Source: Candidatus Spongiihabitans sp. | Lineage (GTDB): Bacteria > Pseudomonadota > Gammaproteobacteria > Arenicellales > Poriferihabitantaceae | Direction: 5' to 3' | Length of the DNA: 64,000 nt | Assembly (NCBI GenBank): GCA_965237725.1 | Contig: OZ250151.1 | Span: forward strand, 2,951,883 to 3,015,882 | In this document: positions 63,274 to 64,000 of the stretch, in pieces | How the letters are laid out: each line of letters begins with the position of its first letter | Position numbering within the stretch: position 1 is the first letter of the stretch | Position numbers and translations under genes: made by a program | The notes under the pieces: generated by a model | The model's input: only the letters and a program-made list of their open reading frames with translations | The model's database searches: none | What the model was told of the DNA's origin: nothing

Positions 63274-63642
63274 GGCCCATTTTACTCATAAAACTGAGAG
63301 CATGTATTGCCCTCATATCACAGGCCCTCATATCGCGAGCACCTGTTGGGTCATGCAATGGATTGCGCCGCCTTGCATGGGCCCGACGCGCATGGGGATG
63401 CCAATAACCATAACCGATGTAACCCACGGTGACCGTTATATTGACGATGAAATGAAATGTTTAATTGAATGCAATAAAACCATGAAATATCCCATGTAAA
63501 CTGGTTTTTCTCACAAGTTTGCGTGAAAATTCTTGTATGAGTAACAGCTATTCTACTCAAAATATTTCAAATTCTAGAACATCAAGATTCTGAAATATCG
63601 TATAATTTTTGATTCCAAAACACAATATCGGAGAATTGAACT

Positions 63643-64000
63643 ATGAGTGAGCGCATGCCAAAAAAGTCGTCAAATATTAATATCACACGACTACCTGAGG
63701 AATTACTGGTTTTTGATCTGGAATATAAAGAAGTACATTGTCTGAATGATGATGCTGGATTGGTTTTTGATGCCTGCGATGGCGAATCCACTATTGATGA
63801 AGTGTCTTCAAAACTAAAAGCAGACAGAGGACGCGATGACGCTGATACCTATGTATTGGGGGCCCTGGCCGCTTTTGAGTCAAAGGGATTGCTTGAAGTT
63901 GAATCGAAAAAAACGGGTAGACGCGAATTTTTGGCGCGCTCAGGTATAGGTGCCAGTGCTGCTGCTCTGATGATTACCTCGGTCATCTTACCCGAGCCTG
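63643..64000 (+). CDS. PqqD/RRE-like domain protein followed by a twin-arginine-like hydrophobic segment (3' end outside window)
   Basis: Not in the ORF track because it has no stop before the window edge. ATG at 63643 with GGAGA 8 nt upstream. LLVFDLEYKEVHCLNDDAGLVFDACDGESTIDEVSSKL...FESKGLLE matches the PqqD pattern, followed by GRREFLARSGIGASAAALMITSVIL. Confidence 0.6.
   Translation, partial: MSERMPKKSSNINITRLPEELLVFDLEYKEVHCLNDDAGLVFDACDGESTIDEVSSKLKADRGRDDADTYVLGALAAFESKGLLEVESKKTGRREFLARSGIGASAAALMITSVILPEP

Noticed and set aside
63251-63499. 82-aa Cys-rich ORF in the GST / PqqD intergenic region, considered as a possible peptide precursor
   Set aside because: It overlaps the GST start codon on the opposite strand and has no RBS. 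Its composition is typical of a random GC-rich frame, and it lies 140 bp from the PqqD-like gene.
63537-63593. 18-codon sORF (MSNSYSTQNISNSRTSRF) just upstream of the PqqD-like gene, considered as a RiPP precursor
   Set aside because: It has no RBS. It lies upstream of the only -10-like TATAAT (63601-63606), so it would not be co-transcribed from that promoter. It lacks Cys/Gly-rich core features. I cannot support it from sequence alone.
63601-63606. Perfect TATAAT as promoter of the PqqD-like gene
   Set aside because: No acceptable -35 hexamer lies at 16-18 nt spacing (AACATC at 17 nt) and there is no extended TG, so I did not list it as a feature.
1-64000. CRISPR arrays, tRNA/rRNA genes, prophage or canonical defence/toxin-antitoxin systems
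   Set aside because: I saw no regularly spaced direct repeats, no tRNA-like T-arm/acceptor consensus outside coding genes, and no phage structural, Cas, restriction-modification or toxin-antitoxin-like ORFs. Scanning by eye can miss short ncRNAs.

Overview
Gene-dense 64-kb bacterial chromosomal window with about 60 protein-coding genes on both strands. I saw no rRNA, tRNA or CRISPR array by eye. All family calls come from motif recognition by eye, not from database searches. Housekeeping anchors rapA-srkA (18.1-22.0 kb), sufS-sufE (33.7-35.3 kb), rbgA/ylqF (60.1-61.1 kb) and a YhbQ-type GIY-YIG gene suggest a gammaproteobacterium, plausibly marine (inference only). Composition is mosaic: spot counts of single 60-nt lines give 30-35% GC at 4.5-6.0 kb, 40% at 52.5 kb, and 58-65% at 12.0 and 46.2 kb. 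Blocks: (i) 0-2.7 kb: beta-helix protein / DUF4956 / VTC-like polyphosphate-polymerase module plus a degenerate metallophosphoesterase. (ii) 3.0-3.95 kb: IS481-family element with a frameshifted transposase. (iii) 4.5-10.1 kb: AT-rich glycosylation island including a 951-aa GT4-GT2-GT8 triple fusion. (iv) 10.3-17.8 kb: LysR/TetR-regulated redox and hydrolase genes with clear operator palindromes. (v) 24.5-33.4 kb: eight co-directional genes (GT4, metal-hydrolase-like, epimerase, ThDP enzyme, SDR, acyl-CoA dehydrogenase, CoA-transferase, MaoC hydratase). (vi) 37.8-52.0 kb: a TetR-centred divergent catabolic locus. An orphan non-pyrrolysine MttB-family methyltransferase and two DMGDH/SARDH-like flavoenzymes face a seven-gene operon (2OG oxygenase, omega-transaminase, ligand-depleted M24 enzyme, D-aminoacylase-like amidohydrolase, D-amino-acid transaminase, ester cyclase, GIY-YIG), which is interrupted by a 168-bp palindromic element. 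(vii) 52-63 kb: assorted small operons (methyltransferase-EamA-ATP-grasp; ArsR-SRPBCC; NRDE-GATase1-DUF2237-FAD oxidoreductase). (viii) A PqqD/RRE-like gene running off the 3' edge. My best candidates for something not yet described are block (vi), the bacterial VTC module in (i) and the ThDP/CoA-ester operon in (v). I recognised no canonical defence, secretion or phage system.
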